A stretch of 64,000 nt of DNA from an uncultured Chloroflexia bacterium (GTDB lineage Bacteria > Chloroflexota > Limnocylindria > Limnocylindrales > CSP1-4). The position numbers were made by a program, and so were the translations under genes. Under the pieces are notes generated by a model, which saw nothing but the letters and a program-made list of their open reading frames with translations, was not told the DNA's origin and made no database searches. The stretch covers positions 288,001-352,000 of the forward strand of contig CAWEYL010000001.1 in assembly GCA_963813335.1 (NCBI GenBank), in the 5' to 3' direction. Of the stretch, positions 42,366-52,316 are shown one piece after another; within the stretch, counting starts at the first letter, position 1; the number at the start of each line of letters is the position of its first letter.

Positions 42366-42761
42366 ATGGCGGAACGCAAGAAGGCGGTCAAGCAGCGCCG
42401 GCGTGAGAAGAAGAACGTCCCCCAGGGGCACGTTCACATCCAGGCCACGTTCAACAACACGATCATCACGATCACAGACCTCAACGGGGCGGTCATCAGC
42501 TGGGGCTCTGCCGGCGTCGCCGGCTTCAAGGGCTCGCGCAAGAGCACCCCGTACGCCGCGGCCCTCTCGGCCGATGGCGCGGCCCGCCGGGCGATGGAGC
42601 ACGGCATGCGCCAGGTCGAGGTCTACGTGAAGGGTCCGGGCGCCGGCCGCGAGCAGGCGATCCGCTCGCTGCAGGCCGCCGGCCTGGAAGTCAGCGCCAT
42701 CACCGACGTCACGCCCATCCCGCACAACGGCTGCCGCCCGCCCAAGCGGCGCCGAGTCTGA
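42366..42761 (+). CDS. rpsK: 30S ribosomal protein S11
   Basis: [25 protein letters not shown]. Confidence 0.97.
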   Translation: MAERKKAVKQRRREKKNVPQGHVHIQATFNNTIITITDLNGAVISWGSAGVAGFKGSRKSTPYAAALSADGAARRAMEHGMRQVEVYVKGPGAGREQAIRSLQAAGLEVSAITDVTPIPHNGCRPPKRRRV

Positions 42762-42775
42762 GCCCCCGAGGACCC

Positions 42776-43402
42776 ATGGCCCGTTACACCGAATCCGTCT
42801 GCCGCCTCTGCCGCCGGGAAGGCGCCAAGCTCTTCCTGAAGGGCACCCGCTGCTACTCCAAGAAGTGCGCCTTCGAGCGTCGCCCGAGCCCTCCCGGCCA
42901 GCACGGCGTCCGCCGCCGCAAGGTCGGCGAGTACGGGCTCCAGCTGCGCGAGAAGCAGAAGGTCCGCCGCACGTACGGCGTCCTCGAGCGCCAGTTCCGC
43001 AACTACTTCGTCGACGCCGAGAACCGGCCCGGCGTGACCGGCGAGAACCTGCTCCGCTCGCTCGAGACCCGGCTGGACAACGTCGTCTACCGGCTCGGCT
43101 TCGCGACCTCCCGGGCGCAGGCGCGCCAGCTCGTCAATCACGGTCACTTCGCCGTCAATGGGCGGCCCACCGACATCTCGTCCTACCGGCTCAAGCCCGG
43201 TGACGTGATCTCGGTCCGCGAGTCGCACCGGACCCGCGAGCCGTTCAAGATCGCGAAGGAGACCCTCCGCAATCACCAGGCCCCGGAGTGGCTGCGCGTC
43301 GATGCCGCCACCCTTGCAGGCACCGTCGTCACCCCGCCCAGCCGCGACCAGATGCCGCTCGACCTCAACGAGCAGCTCGTGGTCGAGTACTACTCGAGGT
43401 AA
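42776..43402 (+). CDS. rpsD: 30S ribosomal protein S4 (Zn-binding type)
   Basis: [25 protein letters not shown]. Confidence 0.97.
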   Translation: MARYTESVCRLCRREGAKLFLKGTRCYSKKCAFERRPSPPGQHGVRRRKVGEYGLQLREKQKVRRTYGVLERQFRNYFVDAENRPGVTGENLLRSLETRLDNVVYRLGFATSRAQARQLVNHGHFAVNGRPTDISSYRLKPGDVISVRESHRTREPFKIAKETLRNHQAPEWLRVDAATLAGTVVTPPSRDQMPLDLNEQLVVEYYSR

Positions 43403-43411
43403 CCGCCCCTC

Positions 43412-44404
43412 ATGATCGAACTCGAGAGCCCGCAGATCGAGCCTGTCGAGGAAGCCGGCACGTACGCCAAGTACGAGGCGGGCCCCCTGCAGGCCGGGTA
43501 CGGCGTCACGCTCGGCAACGCGCTGCGACGCGTCCTCCTGTCCTCGCTCGAGGGCGCGGCGGTCACCAGCCTCCAGATCCGCGACGTCTACCAGGAGTTC
43601 TCGACGATCCCCGGCGTCAAGGAAGACGTCACCCAGATCGTCCTGAACGTCAAGAAGCTCCGCCTCAAGAGCTACGCCGCCCACCCCGTCCAGCTCCGCC
43701 TCATCAAGAGCGGCGCCGGCGCGGTCACGGCGTCGGACATCGCCGAGTCGGCCGATGTCGAGATCGTCAACCCGGACCTCGTCCTGATGACCCTCGACAC
43801 CGACGACGTGACGATCGAGCTGGACCTGACGGTCGAGCGCGGCGTGGGCTATCTCGGCGCCGAGCGCGCCGAGGCACTGCCGATCGGCGTGATCGCGGTC
43901 GACGCGATCTTCACCCCGGTCCGCAAGGTCAACTACTGGGTCGAGGGCATGCGGGTCGGTCAGATGACCAACTACGACCGCCTCACGATCGAGATCGAGA
44001 CCGATGGCACGATCACCCCGGAGGAGGCGCTCAGCCGCTCCGCGGAGATCCTGGTCAACCAGTTCCGCCCGTTCGTGACCGTCGGCATGGCGGCCGTCCC
44101 GGTCGCGGCGCCCACCGGCGCGGCCGCGCTCCCCTCGAACATGCTGGACATGCCGATCGAGGAGCTGGACCTGCCGATGCGGGCCTACAACTCGCTCAAG
44201 CGCAACAACATCGTGAAGGTCGGTCAGCTCCTGCAGCTCAAGGACGACGACCTCCTGCGGATGCGCAACTTCGGCAAGAAGTCGCTCGACGAGATGAAGG
44301 AGCGCCTGCGCATGCGGGGCTTCATCGTCCCGGACTCGGAGACCGACGGTCTCGACCTCCCCGACGGCGACGAGCCGTTCGAGGACGACGAGGCGGAGGT
44401 CTGA
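43412..44404 (+). CDS. rpoA: RNA polymerase alpha subunit
   Basis: GVTLGNALRRVLLSS, RNFGKKS. Confidence 0.97.
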   Translation: MIELESPQIEPVEEAGTYAKYEAGPLQAGYGVTLGNALRRVLLSSLEGAAVTSLQIRDVYQEFSTIPGVKEDVTQIVLNVKKLRLKSYAAHPVQLRLIKSGAGAVTASDIAESADVEIVNPDLVLMTLDTDDVTIELDLTVERGVGYLGAERAEALPIGVIAVDAIFTPVRKVNYWVEGMRVGQMTNYDRLTIEIETDGTITPEEALSRSAEILVNQFRPFVTVGMAAVPVAAPTGAAALPSNMLDMPIEELDLPMRAYNSLKRNNIVKVGQLLQLKDDDLLRMRNFGKKSLDEMKERLRMRGFIVPDSETDGLDLPDGDEPFEDDEAEV

Positions 44405-44407
44405 GCC

Positions 44408-44761
44408 GTGGCCCATCGCATCGCCGGCCGCAAGCTCAGCCGCAAGCACGGCCCGCGCATGAGCCTGTACAAGAACCTGACCGTGTCGGTCATCCGCTAT
44501 GAGCGGGTGAAGACCACCGAGGCCAAGGCCAAGGAGATCAGCGGTCGGGTCGAGAAGGCCATCACGCTGGCCAAGCGCGGGGATCTCTCGGCTCGCCGGG
44601 CGATCGTCTCGCAATTCCCCAATGAGCCGCTCGTCGTGAACAAGCTGTTCGACGAGATCGCCCCCAAGTACGCCGACCGCACGTCCGGGTTCACCCGGAT
44701 CGTCCGCCTCGGCCAACGCCGGGGCGATGCGGCCGAGATCGTCCAGATCGAACTGGTCTAA
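44408..44761 (+). CDS. rplQ: 50S ribosomal protein L17
   Basis: TTEAKAKE, RRGDAA. Confidence 0.96.
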   Translation: MAHRIAGRKLSRKHGPRMSLYKNLTVSVIRYERVKTTEAKAKEISGRVEKAITLAKRGDLSARRAIVSQFPNEPLVVNKLFDEIAPKYADRTSGFTRIVRLGQRRGDAAEIVQIELV

Positions 44762-44779
44762 CCAAAGACTGAACTGCGA

Positions 44780-44898
44780 GTCGGCGCGTGGCCGAGTCCA
44801 GCCGAAGGCGGGACCGAGCACCGGAGCGAGCGCACCCCAAGGTGCGTGAGCGAGGGCGCGGAGGGACCAACGCACGGATGGACCGGCCGGGCGCCGAC
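44780..44898 (-). repeat. Interspersed ~120-bp hairpin element, copy 2 (inverted)
   Basis: Reverse complement carries the same core; outer stem GTCGGCGC/GCGCCGAC. Confidence 0.9.
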
Positions 44899-44919
44899 CA
44901 TGAACACGGCCGAGAGACC

Positions 44920-45690
44920 GTGCCGGGGCGCTACCGCGCAACGGTCGAATACGATGGCACGGACTTTGCCGGGTTCCAGGTCAACCCTGGGAAGCGGACG
45001 GTCCAGGGAGTCCTGGAGGACGCGCTGCGACGCCTCGGCAACGGGGAGGGGCAGCGGGTCGACGGGGCCGGCCGAACGGATGCCGGGGTCCACGCCGCGG
45101 GGCAGGTGATCGCCTTCTCCTACGACGGACGACTCGCGGCCACGGAGCTGGGATCGGCGCTCGAAGCGCTCCTCCCGCGCGACGTGGCCATCCGGGATCT
45201 GCGTCGGACGACCGCGAGGTTCCAGCCCCGCTATGCGGCGCGGTACCGGGAATACCGCTACACCGTCTGGAACGGGCCGCGCAGCCCCCTCCGCGAGCGT
45301 ACTGCGCTCGGGGTCCGGGTCCCGCTCGATACGGCCGCGATGGAGCGAGCCGGGTCGGCCTTCATCGGCCGGCACGACTTCAGCCCGTTCGGGGCCACGG
45401 ACCGATCCCCGGTCCGGACCGTCATGGCGGTCCGGGTCCGGCGGGAAGGCCGGCTGGTGACGATCGACGTCAGGGCCGACTCCTTCCTCCGCGGGATGGT
45501 CCGACGGATGGTGGCCCTGCTCATCGAGGTAGGGCTCGGGAAGATGGACGAAGCAGCGGTCCGGACGGCGCTCAGCGCCGGACGACCGGCCCTCGACGGG
45601 GCAGCCGCCCCGGCCAGGGGTCTCTGCCTCAGGCGCGTCGCCTTCGGGCGTCGGCCGGGCGAATCGAACGGAGAACACGAGGAACGATGA
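44920..45690 (+). CDS. truA: tRNA pseudouridine(38-40) synthase TruA
   Basis: [28 protein letters not shown]; GTG at 44920 is the likely start. Confidence 0.94.
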   Translation: MPGRYRATVEYDGTDFAGFQVNPGKRTVQGVLEDALRRLGNGEGQRVDGAGRTDAGVHAAGQVIAFSYDGRLAATELGSALEALLPRDVAIRDLRRTTARFQPRYAARYREYRYTVWNGPRSPLRERTALGVRVPLDTAAMERAGSAFIGRHDFSPFGATDRSPVRTVMAVRVRREGRLVTIDVRADSFLRGMVRRMVALLIEVGLGKMDEAAVRTALSAGRPALDGAAAPARGLCLRRVAFGRRPGESNGEHEER

Positions 45691-46118
45691 ACGTCAAGAC
45701 CATCGCGGTGAAGGAAAGCGAGATCGATCGCCGCTGGTTCGTCGTGGACGCGACGGACGAGACGCTCGGCCGCCTCGCCTCGCGCATCGCGCGGGTGCTC
45801 GAAGGCAAGCACAAGCCCTCGTACCAGCCGAACCTCGATTCCGGCGACCACGTCATCGTCCTCAACGCCGCGAAGATCGCGGTCACCAGCGACAAGCTCG
45901 AATCGAAGCTCTACTCGCGCCACAGCGGCTACCCGCAGGGCTTCAAGCAGGAGACGCTCGGCCACCTGCTCGCCCGCCGGCCGGAGGAAGTCATCCGCCG
46001 CGCCGTCAAGGGCATGCTGCCGCACAACCGCCTCGGGACCCAGCAGCTGCGCAAGCTCAAGGTCTATCCGGGTTCAGATCATCCCCATCAGGCCCAGCGG
46101 CCTGAGCCGCTCGCCTGA
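45687..46118 (+). CDS. rplM: 50S ribosomal protein L13
   Basis: LGRLAS, GKHKP, AVKGMLP. Confidence 0.97.
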   Translation: MNVKTIAVKESEIDRRWFVVDATDETLGRLASRIARVLEGKHKPSYQPNLDSGDHVIVLNAAKIAVTSDKLESKLYSRHSGYPQGFKQETLGHLLARRPEEVIRRAVKGMLPHNRLGTQQLRKLKVYPGSDHPHQAQRPEPLA

Positions 46119-46135
46119 CAAGGGAGTCCGACCGT

Positions 46136-46534
46136 ATGGCATCGCCCGCATTCTTCTCCGGGACCGGCCGTCGCAAGACGGCGATCGCCCGCGTCCGGCT
46201 GCTGCCGGGCGAGGGTGAGATCGTGGTCAACGGCCGCTCGCTCGAGGAGCACTTCGGCAACGCGGTCAACGAGTCCGAGCTCCGCTTGCCGTTCCGCGTG
46301 ACCGGCACCGAGGGCCGCTACAACGCCATGATCAAGGTCGAGGGCGGCGGCGTGACCGGCCAGGCCGGCGCGATCCGCCACGGCATCGCCCGGGCGCTGC
46401 TGGAGATCGACCCGGAGGGCCACCGCCTGCCACTCCGCCAGGCCGGCTTCCTGACGCGCGACCCGCGGATGAAGGAACGCAAGAAGTACGGCCTGAAGCG
46501 AGCCCGTAAGGCTCCTCAGTACACGAAGCGCTGA
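46136..46534 (+). CDS. rpsI: 30S ribosomal protein S9
   Basis: [24 protein letters not shown]. Confidence 0.97.
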   Translation: MASPAFFSGTGRRKTAIARVRLLPGEGEIVVNGRSLEEHFGNAVNESELRLPFRVTGTEGRYNAMIKVEGGGVTGQAGAIRHGIARALLEIDPEGHRLPLRQAGFLTRDPRMKERKKYGLKRARKAPQYTKR

Positions 46535-46538
46535 CACG

Positions 46539-46658
46539 GCGGCCGCTCCGGCGGCCGATGCGGGCGTTGCCGGACTCCGCCGGTCGCTCACGCACCTCAA
46601 GGTGCGCTCGCTCCCTTGCTCGCCCGGCGCCTTCGCCTCGGGCCGCCGGCGCGGCCGC
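46539..46658 (+). repeat. Interspersed ~120-bp hairpin element, copy 3
   Basis: Same core with loop tcaa; outer stems GCGGCCGC and CCGGCGGCC/GGCCGCCGG. Confidence 0.9.
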
Positions 46659-46794
46659 GACTGGGTTCGACGACGGGCGGGGCGACTTGAGCCCGGTCTC
46701 GCCCGTTCGACTGGGGGCGCCCCGACCTTCGGGGCACTGCGGGCCGAGTGGGTCGGCCGCTACAGTTAGCGCGTGACCTTCCCAGCCCTGCCCC

Positions 46795-47751
46795 ATGGGT
46801 AGCCCGTCGCTGCGCGGGCGCGACCTCCTCAGTGTCGCCGACCTGTCCGCGGACGAGGTCGGGCGCGTCTTCGCCACGACCGCCCGGCTGAAGGCGGAGC
46901 TGCGCGACACGGGCCGGCACGTCCCGCCGCCGCTCGCAGGTCGGACCCTCGCGATGCTCTTCCAGAAGCCGAGCCTGCGCACGCGGGTCACCTTCGAGAC
47001 CGGGATGGCCCAGCTCGGCGGGCACGCCATCTACCTGACCAACGACGTGGTCCTCGGCGCCCGCGAGAGCGTCCGCGACGTCGCCCACAACCTCGCGCGG
47101 TTCGTGGACGGGATCGTGGTCCGGACCGGCCCTCACGAGGTCGTCGCCGAGCTGGCCGCCCAGGCGTCGATCCCGGTGATCAACGGCCTGACCCTGCGCG
47201 AGCACCCGTGCCAGGCGCTGGCCGACCTGTTCACCATCGAGGAGCGGCTCGGCCGCCTCAGGGGGGTCGTCCTCGCGTTCGTCGGCGACGGGAACAACGT
47301 CTACCACTCCCTTGCCCTCGTCGGCGCCGCCATGGGCATGGAGGTCCGCCTCGCCCATCCCGACGGCTACGGTCCGAACGAGCGGATCGTGGCCCGGGCT
47401 TCGGAGCTCGCCGGCGCCGCCGGCGGTCGGCTCGTGTTCGGGACGGAACCCCGCGAGGTCGTCCGCGGCGCCGACATCGTCTACACCGACGCCTGGACCT
47501 CGATGGGCCAGGAGGCCGAGACCGAGGAGCGCCGTGATGCGTTCCGCGGCTACCAGGTCGACGACGCCATGCTCGACGCGGCCGGCCCGAACGCCCTCGC
47601 GATGCACTGCCTGCCGGCCCACCGCGGCGAGGAGATCACCTCCGAGGTCATGGACGGGCCGCGAAGCCTGATCTTCGACCAGTCCGAGAACCGGCTCCAC
47701 GTCCAGAAGGCCTTGCTCGTCGAGCTGCTCGCGCGCGAGGAGGCGGCATGA
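46795..47751 (+). CDS. argF: Ornithine carbamoyltransferase
   Basis: SLRTR, HPCQ, GDGNNV, DAWTSMG, HCLP. Confidence 0.95.
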   Translation: MGSPSLRGRDLLSVADLSADEVGRVFATTARLKAELRDTGRHVPPPLAGRTLAMLFQKPSLRTRVTFETGMAQLGGHAIYLTNDVVLGARESVRDVAHNLARFVDGIVVRTGPHEVVAELAAQASIPVINGLTLREHPCQALADLFTIEERLGRLRGVVLAFVGDGNNVYHSLALVGAAMGMEVRLAHPDGYGPNERIVARASELAGAAGGRLVFGTEPREVVRGADIVYTDAWTSMGQEAETEERRDAFRGYQVDDAMLDAAGPNALAMHCLPAHRGEEITSEVMDGPRSLIFDQSENRLHVQKALLVELLAREEAA

Positions 47752-48650
47752 CCGACGCCTTCGAGCGCTACAAGGACGCGCTCCGCCGCGGGCATTCGGC
47801 GGCCCAGCGCGGCCGCTTCGACGAGGCCATCGCCGCCTACCAGGAGGCGGGCACGATCGCCCCGGACCGGGCGATGCCGCAGTCGAGCCTCGGCGGCGTC
47901 CTCGCCCGGATGGGCCGGACCACACAGGCGCTGGCCGCCTACGACGCCGCCCTGAGCCGCGCCCCCGAGGACGAGCCCGCCCTGCGCGGCCGGGCCGAGC
48001 TCCTCGCCATGGCCGGACGCCGCGCTGAGGCCGCGGACACGCTCGACGGGCTCATGACGGCCCTCGACAAGGCGGGCCGCCTCGGCGACGCCGCGGATGC
48101 CGGACGTCTCGCCCTCGAGCTCGCCGAGTCGCGCAGCCGCCGTCGCGCGGTCGAGGTCCTCGCCGGCCGTCTGCGCGAGGCCGGCGACACCGCCACCGCC
48201 GACGCCCTGGCCGCGGCCCTCGGGATCGAGGCCGGGTCGGACAGCCCCGCCGCCCCGCCCGAGCCGAAGCGCGACCCCCGCCGCGCGGTCCTGTCCGCCG
48301 CGGCCGTCCTGTCCGCCACGGCCGACACCGCGCTCGACAGCGGCGATCGCGACGAGGCTCGCCGCTGCTATCTCGAGGCCGCGGCCGCGCAGCGGTCGAT
48401 CGGGAACCTGCACGCCGCGCTGGACGCCTGCTACCAGGCGATGGCCGTCTCGCCGGCCGCGGGCGACGTCCACCTCGCGCTCACCGAGCTCTACCTCGAC
48501 CGCGGCTGGCGGTCCGCCGCCGCGGACAAGCTCGTCCTTCTCGGGCGGTTGACGGACCTGGCCCAGGACGACCTCACCCGCGCCCGCCTGTGCACGATGG
48601 CCGCGGAGCGGTTCCCCGAGGACGCTCGGCTGACCGCCTTCTGCGCCTGA
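47748..48650 (+). CDS. Tetratricopeptide-repeat protein
   Basis: TPR-like helices (GRFDEAIAAYQEA, ALAAYDAAL, ALDACYQAM) in two blocks split by a Pro linker. Confidence 0.75.
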   Translation: MTDAFERYKDALRRGHSAAQRGRFDEAIAAYQEAGTIAPDRAMPQSSLGGVLARMGRTTQALAAYDAALSRAPEDEPALRGRAELLAMAGRRAEAADTLDGLMTALDKAGRLGDAADAGRLALELAESRSRRRAVEVLAGRLREAGDTATADALAAALGIEAGSDSPAAPPEPKRDPRRAVLSAAAVLSATADTALDSGDRDEARRCYLEAAAAQRSIGNLHAALDACYQAMAVSPAAGDVHLALTELYLDRGWRSAAADKLVLLGRLTDLAQDDLTRARLCTMAAERFPEDARLTAFCA

Positions 48651-48678
48651 GGGCCGAGGTCTCCAGCACGATGCCCGA

Positions 48679-48687
48679 TGCTACACT
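48679..48687 (+). promoter_or_regulatory. Extended -10 immediately before cdaA (near-leaderless mRNA)
   Basis: TGcTACACT 9 nt before the ATG; no SD sequence. Confidence 0.5.
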
Positions 48688-48696
48688 CGGGCGACG

Positions 48697-49650
48697 ATGA
48701 CCGAGCTCCTCAGATCGATCCTCGATCAGGTGCGCCTGAGCACGGTGGTCGATGTCGCGATCACCGCGCTCCTCATCTACTGGCTGTTCAGCCTGATCCG
48801 CGGGACCCGCGCCGTCCGCCTCGTCATCGGCGTCAGCGTCCTGATCGTCGTCTACTTCCTGGCGGTCGCGTTCAACCTCATCCTGCTCACCAGGATCCTG
48901 CAGGGCGGCGCGGTCGTCGGCCTCTTCGCCCTCGTCGTCGTGTTCCAGCCGGAGCTGCGTCGCGCGCTCGAGCGGATCGGCCGCGTCGGCTCCTTCTCGT
49001 GGCTGCTGTCGCCCGCCGACTCGCGGGTCGCCGAGCACGTGGCCGACGAAGTGGCGCGCGCGGCTGCGGCCATGTCGGCCGAGGGGCACGGCGCGCTCAT
49101 CGTCATCGAGCGGGAGACAGGGCTCGAGGAGGTGGCGGAGACCGGCGTGATGATCCATGGCGACGTCTCGGCCGACATGTTGCGCACGATCTTCTCGCCG
49201 CGCACCGCGCTCCACGACGGCGCCGTGATCATCCGCGGTGACACCATCCTCGCGGCCGGCGCGCTGCTGCCGCTGGCCGAGATGACCATCCACGTCGAGC
49301 GCTTCGGGACCCGCCATCGGGCCGCCCTCGGGATCGCCGAGCAGACCGACGCGCTCGTGGTCGTCGTCTCCGAGGAGAACAACCAGATCAGCCTGGTCGA
49401 GCGGAGCCGGATCGTCCGCAACCTCAACCAGTCGCAACTGGCTGCCGCCATGCGCCAGCGCCTCGACCCGGCGGGCGGGCGGCGGAGCGCCCTCGGCTGG
49501 CGGCCGACCGGCACCGGTGGGACCGCCGGGCGCGCGCCACGGCTCGGCGACCTCGGCCGGTTCGTGGGCCGTCCGCCGACGGCACCGCCGCCCAGCGCAC
49601 CGCCCGACGACGACCAGCCGACCACGGCCGCCGCCCAGGCACCGCGGTGA
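48697..49650 (+). CDS. cdaA: Diadenylate cyclase CdaA/DacA
   Basis: 3 TM helices, FQPELRRALE, LHDGA and GTRHRAA catalytic motifs. Confidence 0.95.
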   Translation: MTELLRSILDQVRLSTVVDVAITALLIYWLFSLIRGTRAVRLVIGVSVLIVVYFLAVAFNLILLTRILQGGAVVGLFALVVVFQPELRRALERIGRVGSFSWLLSPADSRVAEHVADEVARAAAAMSAEGHGALIVIERETGLEEVAETGVMIHGDVSADMLRTIFSPRTALHDGAVIIRGDTILAAGALLPLAEMTIHVERFGTRHRAALGIAEQTDALVVVVSEENNQISLVERSRIVRNLNQSQLAAAMRQRLDPAGGRRSALGWRPTGTGGTAGRAPRLGDLGRFVGRPPTAPPPSAPPDDDQPTTAAAQAPR

Positions 49651-50903
49651 CCCGGGTCCTCCAGACCCTCGTCCACAACTGGCCGCTGAAGCTCGCCGCG
49701 ATCGGGCTCGCGAGCCTGCTGTACGGCGGCGTCGTGCTGACCCAGAACTCGAACACGTTCTCCGGGATCGTGCTCGTCCAGCCGCGCAACATCCCGGATG
49801 GAGCCGTCCTGCTCTCGCCGCAGTTCCCCTCGGTGACATCCATCCGCTACTTCGCGCCGAGTGACGTGCCGGCGCCGACGGCGTCGTCGTTCACCGCCTA
49901 CGTCGACCTGACCGGCGTCGAGCCCAACGGCCAGATCGTCCAGCGGCCGGTCCAGGTCGAGAACGCGGACGCGCGGATCCAGATCCTCGGCGTGACCCCG
50001 CCGTACGTGAACGTCCAGCTCGATGCGTTCACCACGCGCACGATCCCGGTCGAGATCCAGCAGGGCGTCCCGCCGACCGGCCTCACCGTCGGCGTCATGG
50101 AGGTCGTCCCGACCCAGGTCGACGTATCCGGCGCGAAGTCGCTGGTCGACAAGGTCGTCAAGGCGACGGGCGCGGTCGTCATCCAGGAGCCCGGCATCGA
50201 CATCGACCAGGACGTCGACATCATCCCGGTCGACAGCGTCGGCAACCGGGTGAGCCCGGTCGACCTCTCCCCGCGCTTCGTCCACGTGACCCTCCCGGTC
50301 TTCTCGGACCGGCAGTCGCGGACCCTTCCGGTGAAGCCGGTCATCACCGGGACGCCGGCGCCGGGCTTCGAGGTGGAGAGCGTGACCGTGACCCCCAACG
50401 TCGTCACCGTCGAAGGCGACGCCGACCAGCTGAGCGTGCTGCTCAGCGTCAACACGATGCCGGTCTCGATCAACGGCGCGTCCAGCGCCCTCACCCGGAA
50501 CTCCGACCTCGACCTCCCGGCCGGCGTCGTGCCGATCGGCGACGCACAGGTCGAGGTCGCGGTCGCGTTCCGCCCGATCACCTCGACGCGGACCTTCGAC
50601 GCCGGCGTGCGGCTCGTCGGCGAACGCGCCGACCTCAGCTATTCGATCGACGTGGACCGCATCCTCGCCACGATCGGCGGGTCCGTGGCGGACCTCGACC
50701 GGCTCGAGGGGTCGACGCTGGTCATGGACCTCGACGTCGCCGGCCTCGGTCCCGGCACGACCGCGGTCCCGGTCACGGCGGTGCTGCCCGCCGGGCTGAC
50801 CCTGGTGAGCGCGAGCCCGGAAACGGTCCTGGTCACCGTCACCGGTCGCGCCTCGCCGTCCCCGGCGGCCGAGGCCCCCTCGCCGTCGGCGGTCGGAGGC
50901 TGA
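49647..50903 (+). CDS. cdaR: CdaA regulator CdaR (YbbR domains)
   Basis: NWPLKL TM anchor, repeated beta-rich P..V.V.G YbbR units; lies between cdaA and glmM. Confidence 0.88.
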   Translation: MTRVLQTLVHNWPLKLAAIGLASLLYGGVVLTQNSNTFSGIVLVQPRNIPDGAVLLSPQFPSVTSIRYFAPSDVPAPTASSFTAYVDLTGVEPNGQIVQRPVQVENADARIQILGVTPPYVNVQLDAFTTRTIPVEIQQGVPPTGLTVGVMEVVPTQVDVSGAKSLVDKVVKATGAVVIQEPGIDIDQDVDIIPVDSVGNRVSPVDLSPRFVHVTLPVFSDRQSRTLPVKPVITGTPAPGFEVESVTVTPNVVTVEGDADQLSVLLSVNTMPVSINGASSALTRNSDLDLPAGVVPIGDAQVEVAVAFRPITSTRTFDAGVRLVGERADLSYSIDVDRILATIGGSVADLDRLEGSTLVMDLDVAGLGPGTTAVPVTAVLPAGLTLVSASPETVLVTVTGRASPSPAAEAPSPSAVGG

Positions 50904-52240
50904 TGGTGGCCCGCCTCTTCGGCACCGACGGGATCCGCGGTGTCGCGAACGTCGACCTGAAGCCGACGCTCGCGTATGCCCTCGGGCGTGCCACCGCGCA
51001 CCATCTGGCGCCGCCCGGCAGCGCCCTCGTGGTCGGCCAGGACACGCGCCGCTCGGGCGACATGTTCGTGGCCGCGATCGCGGCCGGGGCCAGCAGCCTC
51101 GGCGTCGATGTCCAGGTCGTCGGCGTCGTGCCGACGCCCGCGCTGGCGTTCCTCGCGCGGAGCGGGCCGTTCGCGGGCGGGATCATGGTCTCCGCGTCGC
51201 ACAACCCCGCCGACGACAACGGGCTCAAGGTCCTCGACCGCGACGGCCTCAAGCTCGACGACGCGGTCGAGGACGAGCTGGAGCAGCTGATCTGGCGAGC
51301 CGAGGAGCTCCCCGGCGTCGGCAACGCGTCGCTCGGCCGGATCACCGCCCGGCCCGACCTCGTGGAGGCCTACGTCGAGCACCGCCTCGCCCTCGCGAGC
51401 TCGATCGATGCCGCCGGCCTGCGCATCGTGCTCGACGGCGCCAACGGCTCGGGCTGCCTCCTCGGTCCGCGGATCCTGGCGGCCACCGGGGCGACCGTCG
51501 AGGCCATCCACGCCGAGCCCGACGGCGTGAACATCAACGTCCGGTCCGGGGCGACCGACCCGGCCTCGCTCGCGGAGGCCGTCGTGGCGCGCGGCGCCGA
51601 CGTGGGGTTCGCCCTCGACGGCGATGCGGATCGGCTGATCGCGGTCGATGCCGCGGGGCGGATCGTCGACGGCGACCAGGTCCTCGGCATCCTCGCGCTC
51701 GACCGGCTCGGGCGCGCCGCGCTGCCCGGCGGCGGCCTCGTGGTGTCCGTGCTCTCGAACGGCGGCCTGCAGGCGGCGGTGGAGGAGGCCGGCGGCCAGG
51801 TCCTGCGCACGCCGGTCGGCGACAAGTACATCCTCGAGGGCATGCAGCTGTCGGGCGCGGTCCTCGGCGGCGAGAAGAGCGGCCACGTCATCGTCCTCGA
51901 GCACACGACCTCGGGCGACGGGATCGTGACCGCGCTCGAGGTCCTCCGGGTCATGGCCGCCGAGCGCCGCTCGCTCGCGGACCTGGCCGCCCGGATCCCG
52001 CTGCTGCCGCAGCAGCAGCGCGCGGTGAAGGCCCGCCAGCGGGACCTCTGGGAGTCCGACCGGGTGCTCACGACCGCCGTGGCGGAGGCACGCGACCGGC
52101 TCGGACCACACGGCCGCATCCTCGTGCGTCCCTCGGGAACGGAGCCCGCGCTCCGGATCATGGTCGAGGGGCCCGACGCAAAGGTGGTGACAGAAGTCGC
52201 CGACCTGCTCGCGGATATCGCGAGGGAGCGGCTAGACTAG
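50903..52240 (+). CDS. glmM: Phosphoglucosamine mutase
   Basis: FGTDGIRG, SASHNP, DGDADR, GGEKSGH, RPSGTEP. Confidence 0.96.
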   Translation: MVARLFGTDGIRGVANVDLKPTLAYALGRATAHHLAPPGSALVVGQDTRRSGDMFVAAIAAGASSLGVDVQVVGVVPTPALAFLARSGPFAGGIMVSASHNPADDNGLKVLDRDGLKLDDAVEDELEQLIWRAEELPGVGNASLGRITARPDLVEAYVEHRLALASSIDAAGLRIVLDGANGSGCLLGPRILAATGATVEAIHAEPDGVNINVRSGATDPASLAEAVVARGADVGFALDGDADRLIAVDAAGRIVDGDQVLGILALDRLGRAALPGGGLVVSVLSNGGLQAAVEEAGGQVLRTPVGDKYILEGMQLSGAVLGGEKSGHVIVLEHTTSGDGIVTALEVLRVMAAERRSLADLAARIPLLPQQQRAVKARQRDLWESDRVLTTAVAEARDRLGPHGRILVRPSGTEPALRIMVEGPDAKVVTEVADLLADIARERLD

Positions 52241-52316
52241 CGGCGGTGCCCACCCAACTCGGTCACCACTGCCTGCCGGCCAGGGACCGGCGGCGGCGAA
52301 CGGAGGACCTGAGCAC

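Noticed and set aside
44788-44919. N-terminal extension of TruA in the ORF track
   Set aside because: It is a read-through of hairpin element copy 2. TruA homology begins at the GTG at 44920.
52241-52316. glmS ribozyme upstream of glmS
   Set aside because: The spacer is only 76 bp and lacks the conserved ribozyme core.
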